Assembly (NCBI RefSeq): GCF_000737315.1
Contig: NZ_JMCB01000018.1
Span: 124,001-188,000 of the forward strand
Direction: 5' to 3'
From: Hyalangium minutum
Lineage (GTDB): Bacteria; Myxococcota; Myxococcia; Myxococcales; Myxococcaceae
DNA length: 64,000 nucleotides
This document shows, one piece after another, positions 41,377-51,399 of the stretch. Each line of letters opens with the position of its first letter. Position 1 is the stretch's first letter. Below the pieces are notes generated by a model. The model was not told where the DNA came from. It saw only the letters and a program-made list of their open reading frames with translations, and did no database searches. The translations under genes and the position numbers were made by a program.

Positions 41377-43187
41377 CTGACCTGACCGACGCCACTCGCA
41401 CCGCCGAACAGCCCGCCGAGGCCCCCCCGCGCAACGAGGCCACTCACATCGTCGCGAACGGCCCTGCCTTCCTGGCGGGCCGTGCCATCGGTGAAATCCT
41501 CCGCGCCACGACTGGGCTGTCCGAGGAGAAGCTCCGTGAGGGGCTCACCGCCCAGGCGGAGAAGGGCGGCCGGTTGGGTGAGGTGCTCGTCGGGATCAAG
41601 GCCGTCACGGAAGAGGACGTGGCCAAGGCGCTCGGGCTGCAGCTGGATCTGCCGTACCTGCAGCGCATCTTCGTAGATGAGGTGGACCCGGAGCTCGTCA
41701 AGAAGGTCCCCATCAACTTCGCCAAGCAGGCGAAGATCATCCCGCTGTCGCTCCAGAAGGACGACACCATTGCCATCGCCGTGGCCGACCCGCTGGACAC
41801 CGCGGCCATGGACCACGCGCGCATGCTCCTGGGCGCCAGCCTGGACACGCGGATTGCCCTGGCCTCCACCATCGTGGACGCCATCAACAGCGTGTACGAC
41901 CGCTCCATCAACGAGGCCGAGCAGCTCGTGGACGAGATGGAGGCCACGGACCTGGACTCCCTGGCCCACGAGCTCGAGGAGCCCAAGGACCTGCTGGACA
42001 CGGATGACGAGGCCCCGGTCATCCGGCTTGTGAACTCCGTGCTCTTCCGCGCCGCCAAGGAGCGCGCGAGCGATATCCACATCGAGCCCATGGAGCGCGA
42101 GCTGCTGGTGCGCTTCCGCGTGGACGGCGTGCTCCAAGAGGTCATCAAGCCGCCCAAGCGCTACCAGAACTCGATCGTCAGCCGCGTCAAGGTCATGGGG
42201 CAGCTGAACATCGCCGAGAAGCGCCTGCCCCAGGACGGCCGCATCCGCATCAAGCTGGCCGGCCGCGACATCGACATCCGTCTGTCCACCATCCCCACCT
42301 CGTATGGCGAGCGCATCGTCATGCGTCTGCTCGACAAGTCCGCCACGCTGTTGGACCTGTCCGAGATCGGCATGGCGCAGCACACGCTGCACGGGATGGA
42401 GGGCGTCATCAAGCGCTCGCACGGCATCATCCTCGTCACGGGCCCCACGGGCTCCGGTAAGACGACGACGCTGTACGGCGCCCTCTCCAAGATCAACACG
42501 TCGGACCTCAACATCCTCACCGTCGAGGACCCGGTCGAGTATCAGCTCAAGGGCATTGGCCAGATGGCCATCAACCCGAAGATCGGGCTGACGTTCGCCC
42601 AGGGGCTGCGCTCCTTCCTCCGCCAGGACCCGGACGTCATCATGGTGGGCGAGATCCGCGACAAGGAGACGGCGGAGATCGCCATCCAGGCGTCGCTGAC
42701 GGGCCACCTGGTGTTCTCCACGGTGCACACGAACGACGCCGCGGGCGCCGTCACCCGTCTGGTGGACATGGGCGTGGAGCCGTTCCTCGTGGCCTCGTCG
42801 CTCACGGCCATTCTGGCGCAGCGCCTCGTGCGCCGCGTGTGCCCGGACTGCCGCGTGCAGTACTCGCCCACGGATGACGAGCTCAAGGAGCTCACCCACT
42901 CGCGAGCAACTTTCAAGCAGCGCTACGGCGTGGAGAAGATCTACAAGGCCACGGGCTGCCCCAACTGCAACCGCACCGGATACCGCGGCCGTACGGGTAT
43001 CTACGAGTTCCTCCTGGTGGATGACGAGGTCCGCCAGCTGGTGCTCAAGAACGTGGACGCCGCCACCATCAAGAAGGCCGCCATGAGCAAGGGCATGCTG
43101 ACGCTGCTCGAGGACGGCGCGCGCAAGGTGTCCTTGGGAGAGACGACCATTGCCGAGGTCCTCAGCATTACGCAGGAGGACATCTAA
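41373..43187 (+). CDS. gspE: Type II secretion ATPase GspE
   Basis: ASDIHIEP, RLPQDGR, GPTGSGKTTT, TVEDPVEY, LRQDPDVIMVGEIRD, GHLVFSTVHTND and a tetracysteine motif. Confidence 0.95.
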   Translation: MTDLTDATRTAEQPAEAPPRNEATHIVANGPAFLAGRAIGEILRATTGLSEEKLREGLTAQAEKGGRLGEVLVGIKAVTEEDVAKALGLQLDLPYLQRIFVDEVDPELVKKVPINFAKQAKIIPLSLQKDDTIAIAVADPLDTAAMDHARMLLGASLDTRIALASTIVDAINSVYDRSINEAEQLVDEMEATDLDSLAHELEEPKDLLDTDDEAPVIRLVNSVLFRAAKERASDIHIEPMERELLVRFRVDGVLQEVIKPPKRYQNSIVSRVKVMGQLNIAEKRLPQDGRIRIKLAGRDIDIRLSTIPTSYGERIVMRLLDKSATLLDLSEIGMAQHTLHGMEGVIKRSHGIILVTGPTGSGKTTTLYGALSKINTSDLNILTVEDPVEYQLKGIGQMAINPKIGLTFAQGLRSFLRQDPDVIMVGEIRDKETAEIAIQASLTGHLVFSTVHTNDAAGAVTRLVDMGVEPFLVASSLTAILAQRLVRRVCPDCRVQYSPTDDELKELTHSRATFKQRYGVEKIYKATGCPNCNRTGYRGRTGIYEFLLVDDEVRQLVLKNVDAATIKKAAMSKGMLTLLEDGARKVSLGETTIAEVLSITQEDI

Positions 43188-43225
43188 CCACGGCCCCTCC
43201 TCCGGGGGGCTGGGGGTGAGCCATC

Positions 43226-44482
43226 ATGCCTGTCTTCGAGTACAGAGGTCTCAACACTGCGGGTAAGACCATCAAGGGTCTGCTCGAGGCGGAGTCCCCC
43301 AAGTCGCTGCGTGCCCAGCTCCGCAAGGACGGCATCTTCCTCACGGACGTGCTGGGCCAGGCCGAGGGCAGCCGCGGCGCCGTCCGCAAGGGCGCGGGCG
43401 CGGACCTGGCTGCCCGCGAAGTCGACTTCCGCAAGCTGGGCGGCGGCCGCGTCACCACCGAGGACATCGCCATCACCACCCGGCAGCTCGCCACGCTGCT
43501 GGGGGCGGGCGTCACCCTCATCGAGTCCCTCACCGCGCTGGTGGACCAGGTGGAGAAGGAGCGCCTCAAGCGCATCCTGTCGGACGTGAAGCAGCGTGTG
43601 AACGAGGGCTCCTCGCTGGCGGACGCGCTGGGGCAGCACCAGAAGGTCTTCGGCTCGCTCTACGTGAACATGGTGCGAGCGGGCGAGGCCTCGGGCGCGC
43701 TGGACACGGTGCTCCTGCGGCTGGCGGACTTCACCGAGAGCCAGGCCAAGCTGCGGCAGAAGATCGTCGGCACCATGCTCTACCCGGCCATCATGCTGCT
43801 GGTGGGCGGCGGCATCCTCGTGCTGCTCATGGTGGTGGTGGTCCCCAAGGTGACGAAGATCTTCGACACCATGAAGGCCACCCTGCCGCTGCCGACGCGG
43901 GTGCTCATCGCCACGAGCAACTTCCTGCAGGACTACTGGTTCATCATCTTCCCGCTCTTGGCCCTGGGCAGCTTCCTGGCGTCGCGCTACTTCGCCAGCC
44001 CCGCGGGCAAGCCCAAGTGGGACCGGTTCGTGCTCAAGGCCCCCATCTTCGGCAGCCTGGTGCGGCTGCTGGCCATCTCCCGCTTCGCGCGCACGCTGGC
44101 CACGCTGCTCAAGAGCGGTGTGCCCCTGCTGGCCGCCATGGACATCGTCAAGGCCATCATCAGCAACTCGGTGCTGTCCGACGTGGTGGAGAAGGCCCGG
44201 GACGCCATCCGCGAGGGAGAGAGCATCGCCAACCCGCTCAAGCGCTCGGGTGAGTTCCCGCCGCTCGTCTACCACATGGTCTCCATTGGTGAGCGCTCGG
44301 GCCAACTGGAAGACATGCTGCTGTCCGTGGCGGACAGCTACGAAACACAGGTGAACGTGCGCATTGGCGCGCTCACCTCCCTGCTCGAGCCACTGCTCAT
44401 CGTGTTCATGGGCGCGGTGATTGCATTCGTTGCCTTCTCGATCCTGATGCCGATTCTGCAGGTGAACTCGGCCATCCGGTAA
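43226..44482 (+). CDS. gspF: Type II secretion inner-membrane platform protein GspF
   Basis: TRQLATLLGAG, NMVRAGEASGALD.VL.RLA, MLYP and GERSGQLEDML motifs. Confidence 0.95.
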   Translation: MPVFEYRGLNTAGKTIKGLLEAESPKSLRAQLRKDGIFLTDVLGQAEGSRGAVRKGAGADLAAREVDFRKLGGGRVTTEDIAITTRQLATLLGAGVTLIESLTALVDQVEKERLKRILSDVKQRVNEGSSLADALGQHQKVFGSLYVNMVRAGEASGALDTVLLRLADFTESQAKLRQKIVGTMLYPAIMLLVGGGILVLLMVVVVPKVTKIFDTMKATLPLPTRVLIATSNFLQDYWFIIFPLLALGSFLASRYFASPAGKPKWDRFVLKAPIFGSLVRLLAISRFARTLATLLKSGVPLLAAMDIVKAIISNSVLSDVVEKARDAIREGESIANPLKRSGEFPPLVYHMVSIGERSGQLEDMLLSVADSYETQVNVRIGALTSLLEPLLIVFMGAVIAFVAFSILMPILQVNSAIR

Positions 44483-44497
44483 CGGAGAGAGACGGCG

Positions 44498-44650
44498 ATG
44501 AACGACACGCTCAACCGGTGGATTCAACGTGTCACCCTGGCGGCCATGGTCGCCCTGGCGGCGGCCCTGCTGGCTGTGGGGGTGGCCCTCTACGCTCCGG
44601 CTACCGAGGCGCATGAGTCCCCGTCGAAGAGCGCCTTGCAGCAGCCCTGA
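44498..44650 (+). CDS. Small (50 aa) single-TM protein between gspF and gspG, below the ORF-track cutoff
   Basis: Hand translation: MNDTLNRWIQRVTLAAMVALAAALLAVGVALYAPATEAHESPSKSALQQP*; SD GGAGAG; fills the gap in operon orientation. Confidence 0.7.
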   Translation: MNDTLNRWIQRVTLAAMVALAAALLAVGVALYAPATEAHESPSKSALQQP

Positions 44651-44710
44651 CAAAAACGACCCGGCACGGCCGCCCGGCCTGCCAGAAAGTCATTCCGAGG
44701 AAGGACGCTT

Positions 44711-45133
44711 ATGACGACGCAACAGACGAAGAAGCAGCAGCGCCGCCGAAACCGAGGCATGACCCTCATCGAGATCATGGTGGTGATCACCATCCTGGGC
44801 CTGATCGCCGCCGCCGTGGGCGTGGCCGTCATCCCGAAGCTCGAAGAGGCCAAGCGCGACACCGCGCGCCTGGACATCAACTCCATCCACAACGCGCTGA
44901 AGCTCTACTACACCAAGGCGGGCAAGTACCCGGACACCGCCACGGGCCTCAAGGCGCTGGTGGACACCCAGAACCTGGACAAGTTGCCGGTGGATCCCTG
45001 GGGCAACGAGTACGTCTACATGAACGAGGGCGGCAAGCCCGTCATCGTCTCCTACGGCGCGGACGGCACCGTGGGCGGTGAGGGCAGCGACCAGGACATC
45101 TCGTCCAAGGATCTGGCCGCGGCGAAGAAGTAG
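44711..45133 (+). CDS. gspG: Major pseudopilin GspG
   Basis: Class III signal RNRG|MTLIEIMVV; LPVDPWGNEY and SYGADG..GGEG.D.DI Ca-loop. Confidence 0.92.
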   Translation: MTTQQTKKQQRRRNRGMTLIEIMVVITILGLIAAAVGVAVIPKLEEAKRDTARLDINSIHNALKLYYTKAGKYPDTATGLKALVDTQNLDKLPVDPWGNEYVYMNEGGKPVIVSYGADGTVGGEGSDQDISSKDLAAAKK

Positions 45134-45156
45134 CGCGCGGCGCGAGGAGCTCTCCC

Positions 45157-45585
45157 ATGGCGACCCCTGTCACCCTCCAGACCGAGCCGATGACGCCCCG
45201 CCCGGCCCGAGTGGGGCGGTACGTGGTCGCCGCGGCGTGCGTGCTGGCCACGGCGCTGGCCTTCGGCATCGCCTACGTGACGACGGACTGGAGCCTGCCT
45301 CCGAAGCAGCGCCTGGCGCTGGAGCAGATCCGGCGCCTGGAGGGCGTCTTCAAGATGTACCACCGCAGCATGGGGCGCTTCCCGCTCGAGGAAGAGGGCT
45401 TCGAGCCGCTCATCCAGGCGAAAGTGCTCACGGAGGTCCCCGTTGATCCGTGGGGCCACCCGTACGTGTACCGGTTCAACAACGAGCACACGGGCGTCCT
45501 CTCCTTCGGCGCGGACGGCGTGCCTGGAGGCGAGGGAGAGAACGCGGATATCACCAGCGGTGGACTGTGGAGGCCTCGGCAATGA
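45157..45585 (+). CDS. Second GspG-like protein lacking the prepilin cleavage motif
   Basis: T2SS G-type body (GRFP..EEG, VPVDPWGHPY, SFGADG..GGEGENADI); the TM helix has no G|(F/M)xxxE motif. Confidence 0.8.
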   Translation: MATPVTLQTEPMTPRPARVGRYVVAAACVLATALAFGIAYVTTDWSLPPKQRLALEQIRRLEGVFKMYHRSMGRFPLEEEGFEPLIQAKVLTEVPVDPWGHPYVYRFNNEHTGVLSFGADGVPGGEGENADITSGGLWRPRQ

Positions 45586-46307
45586 CACACCTGTCTCTGG
45601 CACGGAAGCGCCGGGCCCAGCGGGGCCTCACGCTCATCGAGATCATCATCGCGCTGCTCATCGCCGCGGTGCTCTTCGGAGCGGTGGTGTCGGGCGTTGG
45701 CGCGCTCACCGGCACCAAAGCCAAGGCGTCAGCCAGCGAGCTTGCGGGCATCATCCGCTCGCTCTACGACACGGCCGCGCTCACGGGGAAGACGTGCCGG
45801 CTGGTGTTCGAGCTGCCCCAGGCCAAGAGCGAGGATCCGGTGCGCTACCACGCCGAGTGCGCCGAGAGTGGCATCACCACCTCGCGCGATCGCGAGGCTT
45901 CGCTCCGGGACGAGAACAAGGCGAGGGATGACGAGAAGCGCCAGGGCCCCAGCAAGGACCCGCGGCGCAACTTCACCTCGCGCGACAGCGGCGGGGCGCC
46001 CAGCATGCAGGATCTGATCGAGCAGGAGCAGGGCCGCGTGGAGCAGTCGGCGCGCTACTCCAGCTACACCGCCGAAGAACTGGCGCCGCGGGAGCTGGCG
46101 GGCGCCGTGTCGCTCTCAGTGTGGACGCGCCACCAGCGGACCGCGGTGGACCAGGGCGTGGCCTATCTCTACTTCTTCCCCCAGGGCTACACGGAGAAGG
46201 CCCATGTGTACGTGCGGCAGGGCGATAACGTGTGGACGCTCGTCGTCTCGCCCCTGACGGGCAAGGTGACCATCGTCTCGGAGGAACTGGAGGTGCCTCG
46301 GTCATGA
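45582..46307 (+). CDS. gspH: Minor pseudopilin (GspH/FimT-like)
   Basis: AQRG|LTLIEIII; YLYFFPQG; position in the cluster. Confidence 0.75.
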   Translation: MTHLSLARKRRAQRGLTLIEIIIALLIAAVLFGAVVSGVGALTGTKAKASASELAGIIRSLYDTAALTGKTCRLVFELPQAKSEDPVRYHAECAESGITTSRDREASLRDENKARDDEKRQGPSKDPRRNFTSRDSGGAPSMQDLIEQEQGRVEQSARYSSYTAEELAPRELAGAVSLSVWTRHQRTAVDQGVAYLYFFPQGYTEKAHVYVRQGDNVWTLVVSPLTGKVTIVSEELEVPRS

Positions 46308-47191
46308 AGAACCGCAACCGTCGAGGCTTCACCCTGCTGGAGACCGTGGTCGCGCTCGCCATCCTCGTGATGGCGCTGATGGCGATCTTCGACCTGAACT
46401 CCGGCGCGATGTCCAACCACGTCTACACCAAGCACCTCACGGTGGCCGCGTTCCTGGCCCGCTCGAAGATGACGGACCTGGAGCAGAAGCTCTACGACGA
46501 CGGCTTCAACGCCGACGACGATGAGGAGTCCGGCGACTTCTCCGAAGAGGGCTGGCCCATGTTCAAGTGGCGCGCGAAGATCATCGCGCCCAAGACGGAT
46601 GGGGTGACTCCGGACCAGCTCATCGGCGCCATCTTCAACCTCCCCATCGGCGGAGACGGGGACATGGGCGGCATCGCCTCGCTCTTCGGCGGCGGCGCGG
46701 GAGGTGACAGCAAGAGCGGTGGCGGTCCCGTTCCGGCAGCGGGTGGCATGGCTGGCATGGCCGCAGGCATGGCGCAGCCCATGTTCACCCAGATGATCGA
46801 GCAGCTGAAGAGCTCCGTGCGCGAGGTCCACCTCACGGTGACATGGAGGGAGGGCAAGCAGGTGGAGAGCATGGACGTGGTGACGCACGTCGTGTCGCTC
46901 GGGCCGGGCTCGGATCGCAACGGTGGCGCCGCAGCCGCCGCGGCCGCCGCCCGGGGCCAGCAGCCTCCGGAGACGTCCAACCAGTGGGTGAACCCCGCCA
47001 CCGGCCAGCTCGTCCCCAACCCGATCCCCGGCCCCAACGGGCAGATGCTGGACCCCGTCACCCGCCAGCCCCTCGTCAACCGGCAGCAGCAGCTGGATCA
47101 GCTCAACTCGGGTCAGATCCCCGGCGGTGGACTCAACGTGCCCAGGACGGGTGGCGGCATCTTCAACCCTCGCGGAAAGAGCTCCCAATGA
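46304..47191 (+). CDS. gspI: Minor pseudopilin (GspI-like) with long Gly/Pro-rich inserts
   Basis: RRG|FTLLETVVALAIL; ATGA overlaps at both ends. Confidence 0.75.
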   Translation: MKNRNRRGFTLLETVVALAILVMALMAIFDLNSGAMSNHVYTKHLTVAAFLARSKMTDLEQKLYDDGFNADDDEESGDFSEEGWPMFKWRAKIIAPKTDGVTPDQLIGAIFNLPIGGDGDMGGIASLFGGGAGGDSKSGGGPVPAAGGMAGMAAGMAQPMFTQMIEQLKSSVREVHLTVTWREGKQVESMDVVTHVVSLGPGSDRNGGAAAAAAAARGQQPPETSNQWVNPATGQLVPNPIPGPNGQMLDPVTRQPLVNRQQQLDQLNSGQIPGGGLNVPRTGGGIFNPRGKSSQ

Positions 47192-47859
47192 GACGCACGA
47201 TCCGGGGTTTCACGCTGATGGAGGTCATGGTCGCCGTGGCGATCACCGCCCTTATGGGCACGATGGTGGCCATGGCCTTCCAGACGGGCTTCCGCGCCAA
47301 GGAGCTGGTGGAAGGCGAGGCCGACCACTACCGCATGGTCCGCGCGGCGCTCAACCGCATGGCCCGTGAGATTGGCTCCGCGTACGTGAGCGACCGGTAC
47401 GATCCCAAGCGTTACCGGGACTCCAACGACCGGCCCACCAACTTCGTCGGCGAGCGGGACCGGCTGCTGTTCACCACGTTCGCGCACCAGCGCCTGTACA
47501 CGGACTCCAAGGAGTCTGATCAGTCCGTGGTGGAGTACTTCGTGGAGAGCTCCACGGAGAAGGGCGCGCGGAGCCGGCAGGATCTGAAGCGGCGGGAGAA
47601 CCCGAACATCGGCGAGCGCATGGACCGGGGCGGCACCACGGACGCGCTCTTCGAGGGCGTGAAGAAGATCGAGTTCGCTTACTGGGACTCCGAGCGCAAG
47701 GAGTGGGAGGACGAGTGGGACACGCGCCGCAATGAGAAGAAGTCCTTCCTTCCCACCCGCGTGCGCATCACGATCTTCGCCCTGGACGAGAACGGTAAGG
47801 AGGCGCGTTACACCACCCAGGCCCGAATCATGCTGAACACGGAGCTGCCGAGGTTCTAA
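47188..47859 (+). CDS. gspJ: Minor pseudopilin GspJ
   Basis: IRG|FTLMEVMVAV; WEDEWD and LPTRVRI motifs typical of GspJ. Confidence 0.8.
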   Translation: MRRTIRGFTLMEVMVAVAITALMGTMVAMAFQTGFRAKELVEGEADHYRMVRAALNRMAREIGSAYVSDRYDPKRYRDSNDRPTNFVGERDRLLFTTFAHQRLYTDSKESDQSVVEYFVESSTEKGARSRQDLKRRENPNIGERMDRGGTTDALFEGVKKIEFAYWDSERKEWEDEWDTRRNEKKSFLPTRVRITIFALDENGKEARYTTQARIMLNTELPRF

Positions 47860-49224
47860 ATGCCCAGGTTCTTCTCACAGACGCCCAGGCGCCGCTCCGC
47901 CCGCCCGCCCGCTTCGCCCGCGAAGCGCGATCGCCGCGCGCGAGGTGTGGCGCTCATCATCGCCGTCATCTCCATCACCCTGCTCACCGTGGTGGCGACC
48001 GAGTTCGCCTACAACACGCGTGTGGATCTGCAGCTGGCCGCCAACCAGCGGGACGAGGTGCGCGCCTATTACATGGCCCGCTCCGGCCTGTCCCTGGGGC
48101 GCCTGTTGCTGCGCTTCCAGAAGCAGGTGGACCAGACGCCCATCCCCAACCTGGGCGGCATCCTCAGCGCCCTCACGGGTGGCGGTGCCGGGGCCGCGGG
48201 AGGCCAGCAGCAGGCCGCGCAGACGCTCAACATCCAGCTCTGGAAGCTGGCGCGCGTGGACTGCCACATGCTCAAGGGCCTGGTGCGCAGCGATGTGGGC
48301 GAGGGCAAGGACGGCAAGGCCGCGGAGCCCCAGGACGAGAACTTCACCATGGAGGACGAGGACGCGGAGCAGGCGCTGGGGGCTCAGCCCCTGAAGCGCT
48401 CCTTCGGCGGCTTCGAGGGCTGCTTCCTCGCGAACATCAGCGACGAGGAGGAGAAGCTCAACATCCACCGGCTGGCGGGCCTCGCCACGGATGCGCTGCC
48501 CACCGCGGCGCGCCTGCTGGACTTGCTCGGCGACAAGCGCTTCGAGTTCCTCTTCAACCGCGACGATGCCAACCGCGTCCGCGTCACCCCGCAGGACGTC
48601 GTCATCGCCCTCAAGGACTGGGTGGACGAGGACGAGGTGCAGTCCGCCATCAACGTGGCCGATCCCGTCAACCCCTTCGCCGCGGGCTTCTCGCCCGAGG
48701 ACAGCAACTACGACCGCTTCGACCCGCGCTACGAGGCCAAGAACGCCCGCTTCGACAGCGTGGACGAGCTGTACCGCGTCCACGGCGTCACCGACATGTT
48801 CATGGCCGCCTTCCGCGACCGGCTCACCGTGTACCCGGACGTGAACTCGCGCCCCAACGTGAACACGGATGACCCGATGATGATGTACATGGCCATCCTC
48901 TCCGTGGCGGACCCCTCGCACCCGGATCCGCGGCTGAAGGATCCCGTGTTCATCAACGAGGTCATCACCCGCATCCGCTCGGCGCGCATGTTCAGCTTCT
49001 TCGGCATGTCCGTGCAGGACTTCGTCAGCGTGGTGGAGTCCGCCGGCATCCCTATCAACCCGGCCATCAAGGCCAGCGCGACCAACAACCGGCTCGTGGG
49101 TGACAAGAGCCAGACCTTCACCATCAAGTCCGTGGGAGAGGCGGGCAGCGTGCAGAAGACCATCACCGCCGTGGTCAAGCTGGACGACTCGCTCGGCAAG
49201 CTCCTGTATTGGAGAGAGGAATAA
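47860..49224 (+). CDS. gspK: Minor pseudopilin GspK
   Basis: RG|VALIIAV (no Glu+5, as in GspK); DEEEKLNI, KDWVDED, KNARFDSVDEL..VHG and NVNT motifs. Confidence 0.9.
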   Translation: MPRFFSQTPRRRSARPPASPAKRDRRARGVALIIAVISITLLTVVATEFAYNTRVDLQLAANQRDEVRAYYMARSGLSLGRLLLRFQKQVDQTPIPNLGGILSALTGGGAGAAGGQQQAAQTLNIQLWKLARVDCHMLKGLVRSDVGEGKDGKAAEPQDENFTMEDEDAEQALGAQPLKRSFGGFEGCFLANISDEEEKLNIHRLAGLATDALPTAARLLDLLGDKRFEFLFNRDDANRVRVTPQDVVIALKDWVDEDEVQSAINVADPVNPFAAGFSPEDSNYDRFDPRYEAKNARFDSVDELYRVHGVTDMFMAAFRDRLTVYPDVNSRPNVNTDDPMMMYMAILSVADPSHPDPRLKDPVFINEVITRIRSARMFSFFGMSVQDFVSVVESAGIPINPAIKASATNNRLVGDKSQTFTIKSVGEAGSVQKTITAVVKLDDSLGKLLYWREE

Positions 49225-49226
49225 AG

Positions 49227-50819
49227 ATGGCCCGCATTCTTGGCCTCGATTTGGGCAGCTACTCCGTCAAGGGCGTCCTGTTCGAGTCGAACATCCGCGG
49301 CTACACCACCAAGGCCTATACCGAGGTGCGCCGCGCCGAGGGCGACCGCACCGAGACGCTCCGCGCCGCCGTGAAGGAGCTGCTTGCCCAGCAGCCCATG
49401 CAGGCCGATCAGGTCATCGTCGCCCTGCCCGGGCCTACGCTGTTGACCCACGCCTTCACCCTGCCCTTCAGCGACCCGAAGCGGCTGGAGGCCGCCCTCC
49501 CCTTCGAGGTGGAGAGCCAGCTGCCGTTCGACCTGAGCGAGGTCCTCTTCGACTACCAGGTGGTGGGCCAGAAGGCGAAGGCCAACAGCGACGTGCTCGT
49601 GGGCGTGGTCCGCAAGGAGGAGCTGAGCTGGCTCCTGGGCCTGCTCACCGAGCTGAAGGTGGACCCGCGCGTCATCACCCACCCCGGCATCACCTACCAG
49701 AACCTCTTCATCCAGACGCCCGCCATGTTCGACGGGCTCGGTGAGGCCGAGGCGATCGCCGTGGTGGACATCGGCCACGAGCGCACCACGGTGGCCATCG
49801 GCAAGCCGGGCGTGGGCGTGGAGTTCGCTCGCACCTTCGCGGGCGGCGGCAGGGATTTGAGCCGTGCGCTCGCCGCCGAGTTCCAGACGCCCCTGGCCGA
49901 GGCCCACCAGTGGAAGGAGACCTACGGCGCCATGGCGAGCGCCGCCACGGCCCAGGGCCCCGATGCCGAGCGCGCCGCCTCCGCCTTCGTGCGCGGCCTG
50001 CAGCCGGTGCTCCGCGAGCTGCGCCCCACCTTCAAGGCCTTCACCGCCCGCACCAAGCGCAACGTGGGCGCCGTGGTGCTGTGCGGCGGCACCGCCCGCC
50101 TCAAGGGGCTCGCCGAGCAACTGGAGAAGGATCTCCACCTCCAGGTGCGCGTGCTCGCGCTGCCCAACGAGGCAGCCTCCTCCATCCCCGCGGAGGTCCA
50201 GCCCTCGGCCGTCCAGGCCTATTCGTTGGCGCTGCGCGGGCAGGCCTCGGGTGCCAAGGCCCCGCGCTTCAACCTGCGCCGTGGCGAGTTCGGCTTCAAG
50301 GGCGACTTCGACTACGTGAAGGACAAGATCGGCCTGCTGGGCTCGTTCGCCGCCACCCTGCTGCTGCTGTTCATCGCCAGCGGCGTGGTGCGCAACACCG
50401 TGCTCGCGCGCAACGAGGCCAAGGTGGACGCGGTGCTCTGCAAGACCACCGAGCGCATCCTCGGCAAGTGCGAGACCAACTATGACCGCGCGCTCAACCT
50501 GCTGCGCGGCGTGGAGAGCCCGGCCGCCGCCCTCCCGAAGGTGACGGCGGTGAACCTCCTGGCGGAGGTGACGCAGAGGATCCCCCCGGAGGTGCCCGTG
50601 AAGATCGAGCGCATCCAGATCGATCTGGAGCGCGTCATCCTCCAGGGCGAGACGAACAGCTCCAAGGAGATCGACACCCTCACCACCGCCCTGAAGACGC
50701 ACCGGTGCTTCCGCGAGGTGAACCCGGGCAAGGTGGAGAAGACGCGGGACGGTCAGAAGGTGACCTTCCGTCTGGACATCCAGGTGCAGTGCCCCAACCA
50801 GCCGGGGGCGGAGAGCTAG
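49227..50819 (+). CDS. gspL: GspL (PilM-like actin-fold domain plus TM and periplasmic domain)
   Basis: ILGLDLGSYSVK, VVDIGHERT and VLCGGTARL actin-like motifs, then a TM and a PilN-like C-terminus. Confidence 0.85.
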   Translation: MARILGLDLGSYSVKGVLFESNIRGYTTKAYTEVRRAEGDRTETLRAAVKELLAQQPMQADQVIVALPGPTLLTHAFTLPFSDPKRLEAALPFEVESQLPFDLSEVLFDYQVVGQKAKANSDVLVGVVRKEELSWLLGLLTELKVDPRVITHPGITYQNLFIQTPAMFDGLGEAEAIAVVDIGHERTTVAIGKPGVGVEFARTFAGGGRDLSRALAAEFQTPLAEAHQWKETYGAMASAATAQGPDAERAASAFVRGLQPVLRELRPTFKAFTARTKRNVGAVVLCGGTARLKGLAEQLEKDLHLQVRVLALPNEAASSIPAEVQPSAVQAYSLALRGQASGAKAPRFNLRRGEFGFKGDFDYVKDKIGLLGSFAATLLLLFIASGVVRNTVLARNEAKVDAVLCKTTERILGKCETNYDRALNLLRGVESPAAALPKVTAVNLLAEVTQRIPPEVPVKIERIQIDLERVILQGETNSSKEIDTLTTALKTHRCFREVNPGKVEKTRDGQKVTFRLDIQVQCPNQPGAES

Positions 50820-50822
50820 GCC

Positions 50823-51395
50823 ATGAAGCAACTCCTCAATGATCTGCGGCTGCGCTTCGAGCAGCTCAGCGCCCGCGAGCGGCGCCTCGTGGTGGTGGCC
50901 GGCTCCGCCGTGCTGCTCTTCATCCTCTTCATCACGGTGCTGTCCTTCGCCAACAGCGCCAACGGCTACCGGCGCCGCACCCAAGACAAGCTCGCCAAGC
51001 TCCAGGAAGTGCAGCAACTGGCGGCCAGCTACGCCCAGGCCACTGCCGCTCGCAACGCCGTGGAGCAGCAGCTGACCAGCAGCGACGTCCGCCTGCTCAC
51101 GTACATCTCCGACAAGGCCAGCGCCGCGGGCCTGGACGCCCCCAACATGACGCCCAAGGGCGAGGTGGGCATCGGCGATGGGAACATCCTCGAGAGCAGC
51201 ATCGAGCTGACCTTCACCGACGTGGACCTGCGCAAGCTGACCGACTTCCTGCGCACCGTGGAGGGCGGCCCCGGCATCATCAAGGTCAAGTACCTGCGCC
51301 TGGAGCCCCGCCCGGCCACTGACACCCTGACGGCGTGGGCCACCGTCGCCACCTACCGGCTGAAGCAAGGCACGCAGCCGTCGACTCCGCAGTGA
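50823..51395 (+). CDS. gspM: GspM
   Basis: LSARERRLVVVAG start, TM, coiled coil and ferredoxin-like C-terminus. Confidence 0.85.
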   Translation: MKQLLNDLRLRFEQLSARERRLVVVAGSAVLLFILFITVLSFANSANGYRRRTQDKLAKLQEVQQLAASYAQATAARNAVEQQLTSSDVRLLTYISDKASAAGLDAPNMTPKGEVGIGDGNILESSIELTFTDVDLRKLTDFLRTVEGGPGIIKVKYLRLEPRPATDTLTAWATVATYRLKQGTQPSTPQ

Positions 51396-51399
51396 CATC

